DNA of 64,000 bases, from positions 1 to 64,000 of the IMG/VR virus record IMGVR_UViG_3300032286_000925. One strand, given 5' to 3'. This stretch comes from a virus. Positions within the stretch are counted from its first letter, which is position 1, and each line of letters begins with the position of its first letter. A model generated the notes under the pieces. It ran no database searches and had not been told where the DNA came from. It saw only the letters and a program-made list of their open reading frames with translations. This document shows positions 36,471 to 47,082 of the stretch, one piece after another. The position numbers were made by a program, and so were the translations under genes.

Positions 36471-37040
36471 CTAGACCTTATTGATTTGTATCAAAATGTC
36501 GTCAGACCTGTCCTTAAAACTTCGTAAATCATAGACAACTGCTTCACAACCAGTAATACTGAATATGTCGCTTACAAGAGTCTGAGCCACCTCAATATCA
36601 ACTACATCTTCAATGAAATACTTACCACCAACATTTAGATACCCCCACAAGTTACGCAAACCAGCAACCTGCTCCTCATATCTATGGGAACCATCGTCAA
36701 TAATATAATCAAAACTACTGCCACCAAGTACACCATCAATTTGAACAGCATCAGTAGCATCACACAAAAATACCTGAGATTTTAGCGATTCCCACCCCAA
36801 TCTTGACAAATCTATATCAAGTCCAACGACCCTAGATTCAGGTAGATACTCATTCCACATATTTATCGAGTGACCCTCGTAAACACCCACTTCAAGCAGA
36901 CTTTTTCCAGTTTCAGCCGGTATCTGCTCACCATATATGTCAATGTAGCTGTGCGCAGTGCCTTTGTCGCCCCTACCATCAGAAAAACTGTGATTTTCAT
37001 ACACTTCTTGTAAAGATTTCACATTAGCCTTTCGGTCCAT
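36471..37040 (-). CDS. Class I SAM-dependent methyltransferase
   Basis: DKGT.HSY, LEVGV..G.S, GLDID, IIDDGSH, YFIED. Confidence 0.9.
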   Translation of the reverse strand: MDRKANVKSLQEVYENHSFSDGRGDKGTAHSYIDIYGEQIPAETGKSLLEVGVYEGHSINMWNEYLPESRVVGLDIDLSRLGWESLKSQVFLCDATDAVQIDGVLGGSSFDYIIDDGSHRYEEQVAGLRNLWGYLNVGGKYFIEDVVDIEVAQTLVSDIFSITGCEAVVYDLRSFKDRSDDILIQINKV

Positions 37041-38029
37041 GTTTTTGGGGTCAAATTTGATTTAATTTCAACTGGTAAATGATACTCAAAGTCCTTCACC
37101 CGAGGTCTAACCCAATCAACCAAATCATAAAGTCCTTTTTCTAATGAAACAGTAGTTTTGTAGTCCAAAAGTTCACGACTCTTGTTGCTAGAACACAAGG
37201 CTACATGGACTTCTTGAGGTCTTCCCGGCATGTAGATAGGGTCAAGTTCAAATCCAATAATTGACGCTAACAACTCAGCTAAATGTTTAATAGTTATTGG
37301 AGATTCATCAGGTCCGATGTTTATAACCTGACCCACAGCCTCTGGCAGATAACTAGCCCTATAGATTGGCTCAACTACATCTTCAATAAAACTAAAACAA
37401 CGTTGCTGAGAACCGTCACCATAAATAATTGGCTGTTTACCCTGCAACATACGATTAGTCATAATGCTCGCAACATTCCTAAACGGATCATCAAACTTCT
37501 GTCTAGCCCCAACAATGTTATGAGGAACAAGAATCACCAAATCAACACTATGAACATCAGCAAGATTCTTCAATACCCGCTCAGCAGCTAGTTTACTTAT
37601 CCCATATGGGTCTTGAGGCTTACAAACTAAAGACTCATCAAATAGGTTGCCACCATTATCCCCATACCTAGCCATACTTGACATATAAATAAACTTAGGA
37701 ACGTTTGCTTGAATACTTGCAGTCATAGCATTCACACTAATCTGCATAGTATTACGAACAACTAATGCTGGACTAAAGACACTCAAACCTTCATACGCTG
37801 TACACGCAGCATGGATAACCAAATCTGCACCAACAAAAACAGGGGTAATGCTGTCTAAGTCATCTAAATCAAGATTATAAAACTCCACACCCTCAGGAAT
37901 ATTGTCTAAACTACCTCCAATAAGGTTATCTATGCCACGCACCTTCCAACCCTCAGACATGTACTTATCAGCAAGATGAGACCCAAGGAACCCAGCTACA
38001 CCAGTAATAACAACTATCTTCATAAACAC
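37019..38029 (-). CDS. NAD-dependent epimerase/dehydratase
   Basis: TGVAGFLG, YGISK, GDGSQQRCF. Confidence 0.93.
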   Translation of the reverse strand: MFMKIVVITGVAGFLGSHLADKYMSEGWKVRGIDNLIGGSLDNIPEGVEFYNLDLDDLDSITPVFVGADLVIHAACTAYEGLSVFSPALVVRNTMQISVNAMTASIQANVPKFIYMSSMARYGDNGGNLFDESLVCKPQDPYGISKLAAERVLKNLADVHSVDLVILVPHNIVGARQKFDDPFRNVASIMTNRMLQGKQPIIYGDGSQQRCFSFIEDVVEPIYRASYLPEAVGQVINIGPDESPITIKHLAELLASIIGFELDPIYMPGRPQEVHVALCSSNKSRELLDYKTTVSLEKGLYDLVDWVRPRVKDFEYHLPVEIKSNLTPKTWTERLM

Positions 38030-38036
38030 ATCATCC

Positions 38037-38687
38037 TTAAAAATTCTCTCCTAGGACTTCTAAAATCCCATGATAGTTTGTTTCCCCATCTGGAAGATAG
38101 GCACACATAGAAGTGTAAATATACCCATCTGAGTCATACCTCTTGTCTTTCCAGAATCCATACTCTTTCCACACATCCCTGTGAGCAACCACTTGTAACG
38201 CATCTGTTTTGTGGAATACAGGTCTATGACCACTAACGACCGCCCCAATGACATGATGAATAATTGAAAAGAGAAAAATGTTTTTAGTTGTTTTATCTAT
38301 TTCATCGTTTAAATACTCTAAAGCGTTTTTATAAAGTAAGTTATCAATATTAAACTGAATGTAATACTCTCCAAGATTATTTTCATATGCGTATTTCATA
38401 GCTAAATCTCTGGAAGAATGCCCCCAATCATTCATTCTTTTTTCAGTATTGATTAAGATTGGCTCTATACCCAGAGCTTTAAAATCAATACCTTCTTCTT
38501 CATATGTTTTTTCTTTTGGTCCGTCGTGGCAAATAACAATATTAAAATCTCTGAATGTCTGATTTGCAATGGACTGTAGTCCGGTTTGAATAGACGGAGT
38601 TTTACCAGTTCTAGGAACATGATGCTCATAATCAACTGCAACAATACAAAACTTTTTCATGCTAAAAAATAAACCTTTCGTTGTCAT
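38037..38687 (-). CDS. Glycosyltransferase family 2-like protein
   Basis: SIANQT..DF.I.ICHDG and WGH..R motifs. Confidence 0.8.
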   Translation of the reverse strand: MTTKGLFFSMKKFCIVAVDYEHHVPRTGKTPSIQTGLQSIANQTFRDFNIVICHDGPKEKTYEEEGIDFKALGIEPILINTEKRMNDWGHSSRDLAMKYAYENNLGEYYIQFNIDNLLYKNALEYLNDEIDKTTKNIFLFSIIHHVIGAVVSGHRPVFHKTDALQVVAHRDVWKEYGFWKDKRYDSDGYIYTSMCAYLPDGETNYHGILEVLGENF

Positions 38688-39507
38688 CTAGGTTTAAATA
38701 AACCTGAGACACCACCAACGGTTCCTTTGTTACAACTTTTCTATACATTAGATTTAGCACATCTGCCATTTTGTTCGGGTCAATACCGATATGCTCCGCA
38801 TATCCTAAAGATTTCTGAGTGATCATTCTCATCTCAACCATTGCTTTACCGTGGTCATAGTCAGTAGCAGAAGTATGTCCTACAACACAACCCCAGTCCC
38901 TATAGACTTTTTTATTTAAACATATTGCTAAAGCGCAATACACAGAGTCAATACCCCAACCTAGATTTACTTTTTCAAACCCTCTATCAAAATCCCCGGT
39001 TTCAAACATCCACTCGTAGAAGTCAAAAATAACCTCAGCTAACTTTCTGGACGTCGCTACCCATATACCATTGGTGTGTGTAGACAAAACTAATCCAGGA
39101 TGTTGCGTCGACCTTTCAATGGATGACCCATCCCAAGACCAAACATCTGCATCTGAAAAACAAGGAGCGTAAGCCCAGCAATCTGGATCCGATTCAAATA
39201 ACGTTTCTACTTTTCTAGTTAGCCCCGCGTAATCTTTAAAAACGCCATCTCCGGCATTGAAAATAAAAACCGAATGATCTGTAGTTAAGAAATCTTTTAT
39301 AGCATTATAAAAATGCCCTAGATACCAGACTCTATTAGCACGAATCCACCTCTCGTTTACATCCGAGTAACTCGAGTCGTTATACATTAAATAGTCAAGA
39401 CCAGCGTTCGAGAGTTGTGTATCTATATCTAAAGAGTTTTGATATACCCTATTCCAAGATACACAGTAAGTTTTTGATGTCATAGTACCAATTCTATCTA
39501 AAGTCAA
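38662..39507 (-). CDS. Putative glycosyltransferase-related protein
   Basis: Operon context; GWGID motif. Confidence 0.55.
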   Translation of the reverse strand: MTLDRIGTMTSKTYCVSWNRVYQNSLDIDTQLSNAGLDYLMYNDSSYSDVNERWIRANRVWYLGHFYNAIKDFLTTDHSVFIFNAGDGVFKDYAGLTRKVETLFESDPDCWAYAPCFSDADVWSWDGSSIERSTQHPGLVLSTHTNGIWVATSRKLAEVIFDFYEWMFETGDFDRGFEKVNLGWGIDSVYCALAICLNKKVYRDWGCVVGHTSATDYDHGKAMVEMRMITQKSLGYAEHIGIDPNKMADVLNLMYRKVVTKEPLVVSQVYLNLDDNERFIF

Positions 39508-39567
39508 AAAGACCTATTTACTGTAAAATAGAGGTACATACCAACTTTTATAGAAGGAATTAAGTAA

Positions 39568-42498
39568 GTGTCACGCCCTAAAAAGGGTGTGGGAGAGCAC
39601 TCAAAACATAGACTTAGTAAAAAAGGACCGCTGTTACTCACAACGGCCTTTCTTGTTTTTTACCCAGTTTGCTTAACGCAAGCAGCTACTTCTTCTTTTC
39701 ATCAAAAGAGTCAAGCAACTTCTTTGTCTTACGAGCAGCAGCTAGGTTTGCAAAAATACCCAGCACAAACAGCGCTAGGACTCCAGCACCAAAGCCTACC
39801 CAAAAACTATCAAGGTTTACAGTTATTAGCACAGTCATCTCCTTCAGTTGATGATTTCAATACTCTTAATACTACACTATCTAAGTACCAAACTCAACTT
39901 CAAACACTTATATCTAAAAAAGATACAAATCCGTCTTCGGAGCTTGATAAAGCCATTACTGACGTCGAAGCTAAGATATCTGACCTAGAAGAGAAGATAG
40001 CCAAGTTCACCCAAACCATCAATAGCGTCAAAAATGCCCAAACTACCCTTGCTAAAGCCTTACAAACCCTCTTAGAGAATCAAAACAGCTTAAAAACGGC
40101 TCAAAACACCTTAGACAACGCTAAATCTAGTCTTTCAATAGCCACCAACGCTAAAAATACTCAAGACGCCATCACGACGGCATCAAAAGCAACTTTAGAC
40201 TCTGCACAAGCAATCTATCAAGAGTCTTTAACTGAAAAAGAACTATCTGACGCATCTCTGACGCACCAGCAGACTATAACAGCACAAGCACAACAAGGCG
40301 TCAATCAGGCACAAGCATCAGTTGACAATGCAACGGCAAACACCTTGGCGGCCCAAGCAACTTTAAACGAAGCGTCATCAAAAGTTGCAGCAGCCTCTGG
40401 AAATCTCATCAAAGCATCTATAAAGAAATCACAAGCACAGCAAGATCTAGAAGTTGCCTCATCCAAACTTCAAACGAAGCAGTCAGAAGTATCTGCTGCC
40501 AGGGAAACTTACAACCAAGTCACTATACAATACAACGAAACTTTAGACACATACACAACGGTCTATAACGAGTACCTGGATGCGCAAGAGACTGTAAACA
40601 TTACACGAATCAACCTCCAAGAAGCGACTAACCAGCTCAACCAAGCACAGTCAGACTATGACAATCTACTTATTCCTGACCCAACGTGGACTCCACTTAC
40701 TTACGAACAAGAGCACGAACGCTTAGTTCCAACCACCACCATTGTTCCAGTTACAACCACAACCCTTACAGGCGGCCTAACCGCTGACGTATTCAACCGA
40801 AATGGTTACAATAACGCTCCACCACTACCTACCTCAAACGAACGACCTATCTACACAACCATAGTTCCAGACATCAACTTCAACTGGGGTTCAGGACAGG
40901 TCTTCAACTCAGGTAGAAGCGAAGATGTCATTGTACGTTTCACGGGAAACATTTCATTCCCGACCTCTGGCAACTACCAGTTCTACTCACCAGCAGATGA
41001 CGGAACTATTCTCCAAATCGACGGAGTTCAGATTATCAGCGACTGGCGAGACAAAGGTGGAGGCGGTTCTACCTCTGCACCAGTTTATTTTGAAGGCGGT
41101 TCTACCCACAGCATCACCCTTTACTACTACGAGAATGGTGGCGGAGCTAACGTCTGGCTTTATTACTACACCCCACAGACAGGTTATGTTCTAGTTCCGC
41201 CATCTTACCTAGGTACAACATCTACCACTACAACTACCTACGTTGAACAAACTGTTTGGGACTACGAAACCTACTACACCACAGAGGTAGTCCCTGGACA
41301 AGTCCACCCACTAATCCACGACCCTGCTCTACTGCCTAACCTACGGAACGCACAAATCTATTACGACGCAACCGTTCTTGCTAACCAGCAAGCAGAAGAA
41401 GACTGGCAGATAGCACAAGACAATCAACAGCAAGCAGCCCAAGATTCCCTAGCAGCCTATTACCTACTTATAGATACTGCCACCACTCTTAACGCCCTTT
41501 CTTCAGAACTGGACGTCGACCAAAACGCATTCAATCAAGCTCAGTCAGCTTATAACCAAGCAGACTCTGAGAATGAGGTGGCTCAAACTAACTTAGATAG
41601 CGCTGTAAATGTGAAATCAGTAGCTCAGCAAACTTTTAACGAAGCCGATTCAAACTTAAACACAGCAAACTCCCAGCTTCAGGCAGCTCAAAGTACTTAT
41701 AGCACAGAAAGCAGGAAAAGTCAAGAGAATCAAACTTCAAACGAACAAGTTTCATTAAAAGTTATATCTAATAAGACTATTTTAGATAACCAACAAGAAG
41801 AATATAATAAAAACACTATAGCTTTGGAGTTAGCAACTTCTAACGAAGCTTCAGCGCAAGGTGTAGTTCAGAGCTCTCAAGATGCAGTCAACCAAGCTCA
41901 GATTCTTGTAGACACAAGCGTCCAAGAAAAAGCAACGGCAGAAACGGATCTACAGGCAGCTGAAACTTCTAACGAAACCTCATTCAACAATGCCCAAGAG
42001 GTAGCCTCAGGACTCCCAACTTTGCTTGACACAGCCGATACCATACTAAACACACCTAGAGGTTCTCAGGAGATTCCTACTGACCTTACAGCAGATAACC
42101 TTATAGACGTCGACCTAACGCAAGTTGACCCTACAGAGCTAACAGAAGCACAAGCAGAGCAACTTGTAGAAGCTGCCCTTGTTGTCTTTGAAACAGCCAC
42201 AGAAGGCTCAGCAGAGTACGAACAAGCTCTTGACGCACTTGCACTTGCAGCTCAACAGGACGACATTGTTGTTGACGAAGCTCTAGCATCCATCCCAGGT
42301 GTTGGACAAGCAGCACAAGCAGCAGTAGCAGTATTGAACGCTATTGGAAACTTAGGTGCTGACATCTCACCAAAGAAGCGTAAGCAGGCTCAGAACCTAG
42401 TTGTAACCACCCTTGTTGTTGGACAAATTGCCCAGACAGCAGCCCTAGCTACCGCCAGTGCAGGCGGTTCATCTAATAGAACTACAAGGAGAAAATAA
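39568..42498 (+). CDS. Large coiled-coil protein with central PA14 domain, N-terminal hydrophobic segment and hydrophobic C-terminus
   Basis: INFNWGSG, ADDG..L.IDG and YYENGGGA (PA14) flanked by Q/A-rich heptads. Confidence 0.88.
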   Translation: MSRPKKGVGEHSKHRLSKKGPLLLTTAFLVFYPVCLTQAATSSFHQKSQATSLSYEQQLGLQKYPAQTALGLQHQSLPKNYQGLQLLAQSSPSVDDFNTLNTTLSKYQTQLQTLISKKDTNPSSELDKAITDVEAKISDLEEKIAKFTQTINSVKNAQTTLAKALQTLLENQNSLKTAQNTLDNAKSSLSIATNAKNTQDAITTASKATLDSAQAIYQESLTEKELSDASLTHQQTITAQAQQGVNQAQASVDNATANTLAAQATLNEASSKVAAASGNLIKASIKKSQAQQDLEVASSKLQTKQSEVSAARETYNQVTIQYNETLDTYTTVYNEYLDAQETVNITRINLQEATNQLNQAQSDYDNLLIPDPTWTPLTYEQEHERLVPTTTIVPVTTTTLTGGLTADVFNRNGYNNAPPLPTSNERPIYTTIVPDINFNWGSGQVFNSGRSEDVIVRFTGNISFPTSGNYQFYSPADDGTILQIDGVQIISDWRDKGGGGSTSAPVYFEGGSTHSITLYYYENGGGANVWLYYYTPQTGYVLVPPSYLGTTSTTTTTYVEQTVWDYETYYTTEVVPGQVHPLIHDPALLPNLRNAQIYYDATVLANQQAEEDWQIAQDNQQQAAQDSLAAYYLLIDTATTLNALSSELDVDQNAFNQAQSAYNQADSENEVAQTNLDSAVNVKSVAQQTFNEADSNLNTANSQLQAAQSTYSTESRKSQENQTSNEQVSLKVISNKTILDNQQEEYNKNTIALELATSNEASAQGVVQSSQDAVNQAQILVDTSVQEKATAETDLQAAETSNETSFNNAQEVASGLPTLLDTADTILNTPRGSQEIPTDLTADNLIDVDLTQVDPTELTEAQAEQLVEAALVVFETATEGSAEYEQALDALALAAQQDDIVVDEALASIPGVGQAAQAAVAVLNAIGNLGADISPKKRKQAQNLVVTTLVVGQIAQTAALATASAGGSSNRTTRRK

Positions 42499-42794
42499 TG
42501 AAATTATTCGCAAACGTAATACTACGAGTAGTAGCCACATTCGTAGCGTCTGCACTAGGCGTTATCGGTGCTGGCTCTGTTGCTGGCTCTGTAAGCGGTG
42601 TTGATATCCCAATCTGGTTTAGCGCAATCATGGGAGGAATCATGGCGGTTGCTAAGGTTGTCGAGCTTCTCTCTCTAGCGTTCCTAGAAGATGGAAAACT
42701 CAGCCGAGAAGAAATCAACGCTGCTTTTCGCCAGACCACCAAAATCAAAGACATTGACGAAACCACTTCAACAAGCAAGAAAGAGAAAGAATAA
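42498..42794 (+). CDS. Membrane protein (holin-like), paralog of 53283..53552
   Basis: Two TM segments; shared DGKL..EIN.AF. Confidence 0.75.
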   Translation: MKLFANVILRVVATFVASALGVIGAGSVAGSVSGVDIPIWFSAIMGGIMAVAKVVELLSLAFLEDGKLSREEINAAFRQTTKIKDIDETTSTSKKEKE

Positions 42795-42988
42795 TGAAGA
42801 AAATAACAAAGTTCCTAGGGGAACTTTTCAAAGACCTACTTGACCAAGCGTGGACCCTACTAGGTCTAGCGTTGGGTTGGGTGCTTCTAGAAGGTTCTGC
42901 CAGAGATATCGTAGGTAAGTTGATTGGAATTACCCTACTTATTTGGGTTCTGACCTTCCCTATCCGTCGTGGCAAAGACGACGAATAA
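42794..42988 (+). CDS. Small two-TM membrane protein
   Basis: Translationally coupled; hydrophobic. Confidence 0.75.
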   Translation: MKKITKFLGELFKDLLDQAWTLLGLALGWVLLEGSARDIVGKLIGITLLIWVLTFPIRRGKDDE

Positions 42989-43021
42989 ATCAGCAAATTC
43001 TAATGGTCTTACAATAGAACT

Positions 43022-44092
43022 ATGCCTAATTTGAATCCAGAAGAGCGCGACCTCGCTAATGCGTTGATTCTACTCGCTGACAAGTACGGGAAGTTTAATG
43101 AAGACGAGACTGGCATCTGGGCTGGCTACGAGTCAGCCGAAGCAAACGAAGTTGCAGGTATTGGCGTAAAGTGCTCCAACTGCGTTCTTTACAGAGGTGG
43201 CTCTGAATGCGCTATTATCTCAGCAGAAGTAGAGCCAGACGGTAAGTGTCGATTTGCTGTTATCCCTGATGGCGTAGTTGTTGTTGCAACAGCAGGCTCA
43301 AAGCCATCACCTAAAAAAGATCAAATAAAAGGTTCTGACAAGAACAAAGAAGGCTCTGCCGATACAGGCAAAGGAGTTACTTTTACTCCAGAGATTACTA
43401 AGGCTCTTGAGAAGAAAGTTGCTGACCACAACGCCAAGGCAAAGAATGGCCGCAAGGTTACGCTTGCAAAACTAAAAGCAGTTTACCGTCGTGGAGCAGG
43501 TGCATTCTCTTCAAGCCACCGCCCAGACCAGAACCGCAACTCATGGGCTATGGCTCGCGTCAATGCTTTCTTAAAGCTTGTTCGCTCAGGTAAACCTAAC
43601 AACCCTAAGTATGTTCAGGACAACGACTTACTACCTAAACTTCATCCTCGTAGCACCGAAACTGCCACAATGAATCCATTACTGGCGTCTATGGTATTCG
43701 CTCTAGACGATGACTCTTGTCCACCAGCTACCCAAGACATTGCTGTAAACCTTGCTAATAGAGAAAAGGCAATAGAAACTGCTGGCTATGGGCCACTAAA
43801 TCCTAATGAACCAAATGAAGAGTTTTGGCAAGATAAGGCTGATCGCTGGTCAATCCCTGTCACCGAAGCAAAGAAAAGTGTGTGCGGCAACTGCGTAATG
43901 TTTATTCGCACACCAAAGATGTTGGACTGTATTGAAGGCGGAATCTCTGCCGGCGACTCTGGTCAGCAAAACGCATGGGACGCTATCGATCAAGCAGAGC
44001 TTGGCTATTGTGAAGCATTTGATTTTAAATGTGCTTCATCAAGAACTTGTAATGCATGGGTTGTTGGTGGTCCAATCACCGAAGAAAACTAA
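43022..44092 (+). CDS. Multi-domain phage protein with two Cys-rich (HiPIP-like) modules around a VYRRG.GA...WAMARVN domain
   Basis: CSNC..C..C and CGNC..C..C..C patterns. Confidence 0.7.
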   Translation: MPNLNPEERDLANALILLADKYGKFNEDETGIWAGYESAEANEVAGIGVKCSNCVLYRGGSECAIISAEVEPDGKCRFAVIPDGVVVVATAGSKPSPKKDQIKGSDKNKEGSADTGKGVTFTPEITKALEKKVADHNAKAKNGRKVTLAKLKAVYRRGAGAFSSSHRPDQNRNSWAMARVNAFLKLVRSGKPNNPKYVQDNDLLPKLHPRSTETATMNPLLASMVFALDDDSCPPATQDIAVNLANREKAIETAGYGPLNPNEPNEEFWQDKADRWSIPVTEAKKSVCGNCVMFIRTPKMLDCIEGGISAGDSGQQNAWDAIDQAELGYCEAFDFKCASSRTCNAWVVGGPITEEN

Positions 44093-44116
44093 TCAACTAA
44101 CTAAGGAAAAACATTT

Positions 44117-44614
44117 ATGTCAGAAAAAACTGTAGTTTACATTGAGCCATTCCCAAAGAACAAGCGTGGAGATGGATTCAAGAACTTTGCTTCATACCGT
44201 ACTAACCCACACCGTGGCGTTGACTGGTCAGTTGCTGGCGGTCTTAAGATTAAGGCTATTACAAGCGGAACAGTTATGGAAGTTGGCGAGACTAAGGTTT
44301 TGGGTAACTACCTAATCCAGTCTACATACGATGGTCACTTCATCCTTTACGCACACTTCCAGGTTCCATCAACTCTAAAGCAGGGTGAAAAGGTCGAGGC
44401 TGGAAAGACCATTGTTGGTCTAGTAGGAACAACCGGAACCGCAAGTACCGGAAACCACCTTCACGTCACCTATGGTGTTAAGAAGAACCTTATCACTGCT
44501 GGTATCGAAGACCTACGCGACTTGTTCGCAGTACTTGACGCAGCACCTAAGAAGTCTGTTGTATCTAAGGTTGCGTCAGCAGTAAAGAAGGTAGTGCCTA
44601 CCAAGAAGGCATAA
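44117..44614 (+). CDS. M23 family peptidase (candidate endolysin)
   Basis: HRGVD, YAH, STGNHLH. Confidence 0.92.
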   Translation: MSEKTVVYIEPFPKNKRGDGFKNFASYRTNPHRGVDWSVAGGLKIKAITSGTVMEVGETKVLGNYLIQSTYDGHFILYAHFQVPSTLKQGEKVEAGKTIVGLVGTTGTASTGNHLHVTYGVKKNLITAGIEDLRDLFAVLDAAPKKSVVSKVASAVKKVVPTKKA

Positions 44615-44672
44615 TAAGCTAGCCCGGAGATAAAGGTGTATTTGAACACGTAATAAACCTGACCGGTAGAAA

Positions 44673-44709
44673 GAAACCCCCATCTGACGAGGTTGGGGGT
44701 TTTCTTTAT
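44673..44709. terminator. Bidirectional terminator
   Basis: AGAAACCCC...GGGGTTTTCT between convergent genes. Confidence 0.65.
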
Positions 44710-45393
44710 TTATTGATATTTAAAAGCAGACTTTGCTTGTAGGTATGCTTCTTTTATACGTTCATCTAGCATCCCCTTGGGGCATGAGTAAACCCAATTA
44801 GAAGAAGAGTGGTATTCATAAGCACTTCCACCATTAGTCCCAATATTAGACATTACTCTGTAGTTATCAAAAGTAAACCTATTCCAAACTTCTGTCACAT
44901 TTACGGTATTGTTGAGTACAGGCTTATCATTCACCATTTGAAACTCAGAGATTTCAACAACTGGATTTCGGTAGCCATACTTTTTTTGATAGAGTATGTG
45001 ACTTAAATTCATATACCCATCATGGTGTCCAAAATTTGGTAGATTTCCCAAGAATAATAATCCACTAGAGTTAGGTTCAATATTATAAGATTGAGTTTTT
45101 ACTGGCAACAGATTAGAAGCAAAAATCTTACGGATAAGCTCATGTTCTTCTTCAGAATACTCATGCTTGACTTCTACCCAAGTATCAAAATCTTTAAGAT
45201 AAAAATCAGGCAAATAAGATAGTTCTTCTTCTTCAAATATAGTGGAGAATCTTTCATACTCGTATTCCCATCTGATGTCTAAAGCATCAAAGAATACCGC
45301 CCATCTAGCTTCTAATCTAGACCTAAATAATACTCCAGAATATTCAGTAGGTTTAACATTCAAAGAATACTTAGCCATTCTTAGGTCCCCCAA
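44710..45393 (-). CDS. PD-(D/E)XK-family nuclease-like protein
   Basis: FRSRLEARWA.FFD...WEYE...YLPDF...WVEVK. Confidence 0.85.
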   Translation of the reverse strand: MGDLRMAKYSLNVKPTEYSGVLFRSRLEARWAVFFDALDIRWEYEYERFSTIFEEEELSYLPDFYLKDFDTWVEVKHEYSEEEHELIRKIFASNLLPVKTQSYNIEPNSSGLLFLGNLPNFGHHDGYMNLSHILYQKKYGYRNPVVEISEFQMVNDKPVLNNTVNVTEVWNRFTFDNYRVMSNIGTNGGSAYEYHSSSNWVYSCPKGMLDERIKEAYLQAKSAFKYQ

Positions 45394-45700
45394 TCATACT
45401 GCTAACGCTACTACTAAATGGCTTATATATGTTATGCATCATAGCATCATAAGTCCCATCGTCAGGTATAGGTTGTATAGCTAAAATAGCCGAGTACGGA
45501 ATAAACACAAAACCATCTTCCCACTCCTCAACTATGTTATTAGTTTCTGTTTCAATCTCCATACCATTTGACGTAGACACACCAACTAAGTCAAGAAAGT
45601 CTACAGTTGCAACGTAATAAGTTTTACGCCCAGGTAAGAGAATAGTTATTTTACTGCCTTCAGGAAATAGGTCCTGAACCTTTTTGTTTTGAATCACCAT
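45371..45700 (-). CDS. Hypothetical protein (possibly Sm-like)
   Basis: AAGGA RBS; FIPYSAI motif. Confidence 0.7.
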   Translation of the reverse strand: MVIQNKKVQDLFPEGSKITILLPGRKTYYVATVDFLDLVGVSTSNGMEIETETNNIVEEWEDGFVFIPYSAILAIQPIPDDGTYDAMMHNIYKPFSSSVSSMIGGPKNG

Positions 45701-45712
45701 GATTCCTTTCTA

Positions 45713-46117
45713 TTAGTCTTCCGACCCATTTTCTAGGGCCCATCTTATATCTTGCCAATCAAAGTATATCGAATTAGCATCCGGAAATACTAAACTATGC
45801 ATCGTTTGGAAGTAGTGGAGGTTGCCCTCGGTATCAATAATTCCTAGCGGACTTACATCTCGAATCTCAACTAAAGTACATAACTCTTCATCGTAGTCGT
45901 CAGACACTCCATCAAGCTCATCTTCATCAGGAAGATTAAACTGGTTAACATATACCGACTTATTAACTTCAAAGTACGGAGATAGTATCTTGCTAAAGAC
46001 ATTAAACTTTAGTGGCCTCCAACTGTCATAGAACTCGTCCTTGCGTGTCTTATCGAAATCTTCCCAATCATCAGGGTTGATTACCACAATGTCTCTGTGT
46101 AATGGTTTAAATGTCAT
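45713..46117 (-). CDS. Hypothetical protein
   Basis: Position within the operon. Confidence 0.7.
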   Translation of the reverse strand: MTFKPLHRDIVVINPDDWEDFDKTRKDEFYDSWRPLKFNVFSKILSPYFEVNKSVYVNQFNLPDEDELDGVSDDYDEELCTLVEIRDVSPLGIIDTEGNLHYFQTMHSLVFPDANSIYFDWQDIRWALENGSED

Positions 46118-46125
46118 TATGTCTC

Positions 46126-46602
46126 TTAACTAACGTGCGTTACCCAATAGTAGTTACACTTCTCACAACAAGGTTCATTGTCCGGGTCTTCCAATGAATC
46201 GAAGAACTGGAAGTAGTAAACTGGATCTTTTTTGTAAAGGTTTGCTTTGTGTGTAGCCATAACTCTAAAACTCTTTTCGTGGTCATGGAACCAGTTAGGT
46301 AACCCATCACCCCACGACTCAGTGTTAGCGAGGAATAGTTTTGTGATGTTGGCAACATTATTCTCTGTCTTTATGCCACGTTTATTTGCTTCATCAACGC
46401 AAGCCATTACGTAAGACAGCAACGCCTTCTCGTGACCTCTCCACATCTTTACTGCAGGGTGATTGCGCCATCCGGCTTTAGGGTCGTCATTACTAAGGAC
46501 GTTGAGGATTTGATATCCCTCAAGGATTTGCTTGTTGAGGCGTTTGTTATCTAGCACCTCTGCGGACTTGTTGAAGTCCTTGTACGGTAGAAATGTTTGC
46601 AT
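46126..46602 (-). CDS. MSMEG_6728-family / pyrimidine-dimer DNA glycosylase-like protein
   Basis: MQTFLPY...LD.KRL.KQ.LE..QIL...GW.NHPAV.MWRG. Confidence 0.9.
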   Translation of the reverse strand: MQTFLPYKDFNKSAEVLDNKRLNKQILEGYQILNVLSNDDPKAGWRNHPAVKMWRGHEKALLSYVMACVDEANKRGIKTENNVANITKLFLANTESWGDGLPNWFHDHEKSFRVMATHKANLYKKDPVYYFQFFDSLEDPDNEPCCEKCNYYWVTHVS

Positions 46603-46764
46603 ACTTATACCTTACTGACGTCGACGATTCTTGTCAAGTCCAAAATCGGAAAAACCCCCGAACCGAAGTCCGAGGGTTTCTCCTAGAAAGGAATTACAAA
46701 TGTGAAACAACACACAGCACGGGAACCACTCCGTACATTTATATTCTACTACAAAAACACAAGA

Positions 46765-47082
46765 CTACAGGAAGTTTTGCACTTCTTTAACAAGTCCAGG
46801 CTTTGGTTTTGCACCAATGATTGTATTGACAATCTCACCATTTTTGTATATAAGAATAGTTGGAATAGAAGAGATGCCAAATCTTTCCAAAAGAAGAGGC
46901 TCTTCATCAGCATTAACTTTTACAATCTTTAGCTGCCCAGCATACTCTTCAGCAAGTTCATTAAGGATTGGAGCAACCATCCGACAAGGACCACACCAAG
47001 TAGCCCAGAAATCGACAAGTACCAACCCAGAAGCATTAACCACTTCTTCAGTGTATTCATCAGTTTTTATGTCCTTAATCAT
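46765..47082 (-). CDS. trxA: Thioredoxin
   Basis: VDFWATWCGPC, SIPT; start at the internal Met. Confidence 0.93.
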   Translation of the reverse strand: MIKDIKTDEYTEEVVNASGLVLVDFWATWCGPCRMVAPILNELAEEYAGQLKIVKVNADEEPLLLERFGISSIPTILIYKNGEIVNTIIGAKPKPGLVKEVQNFL

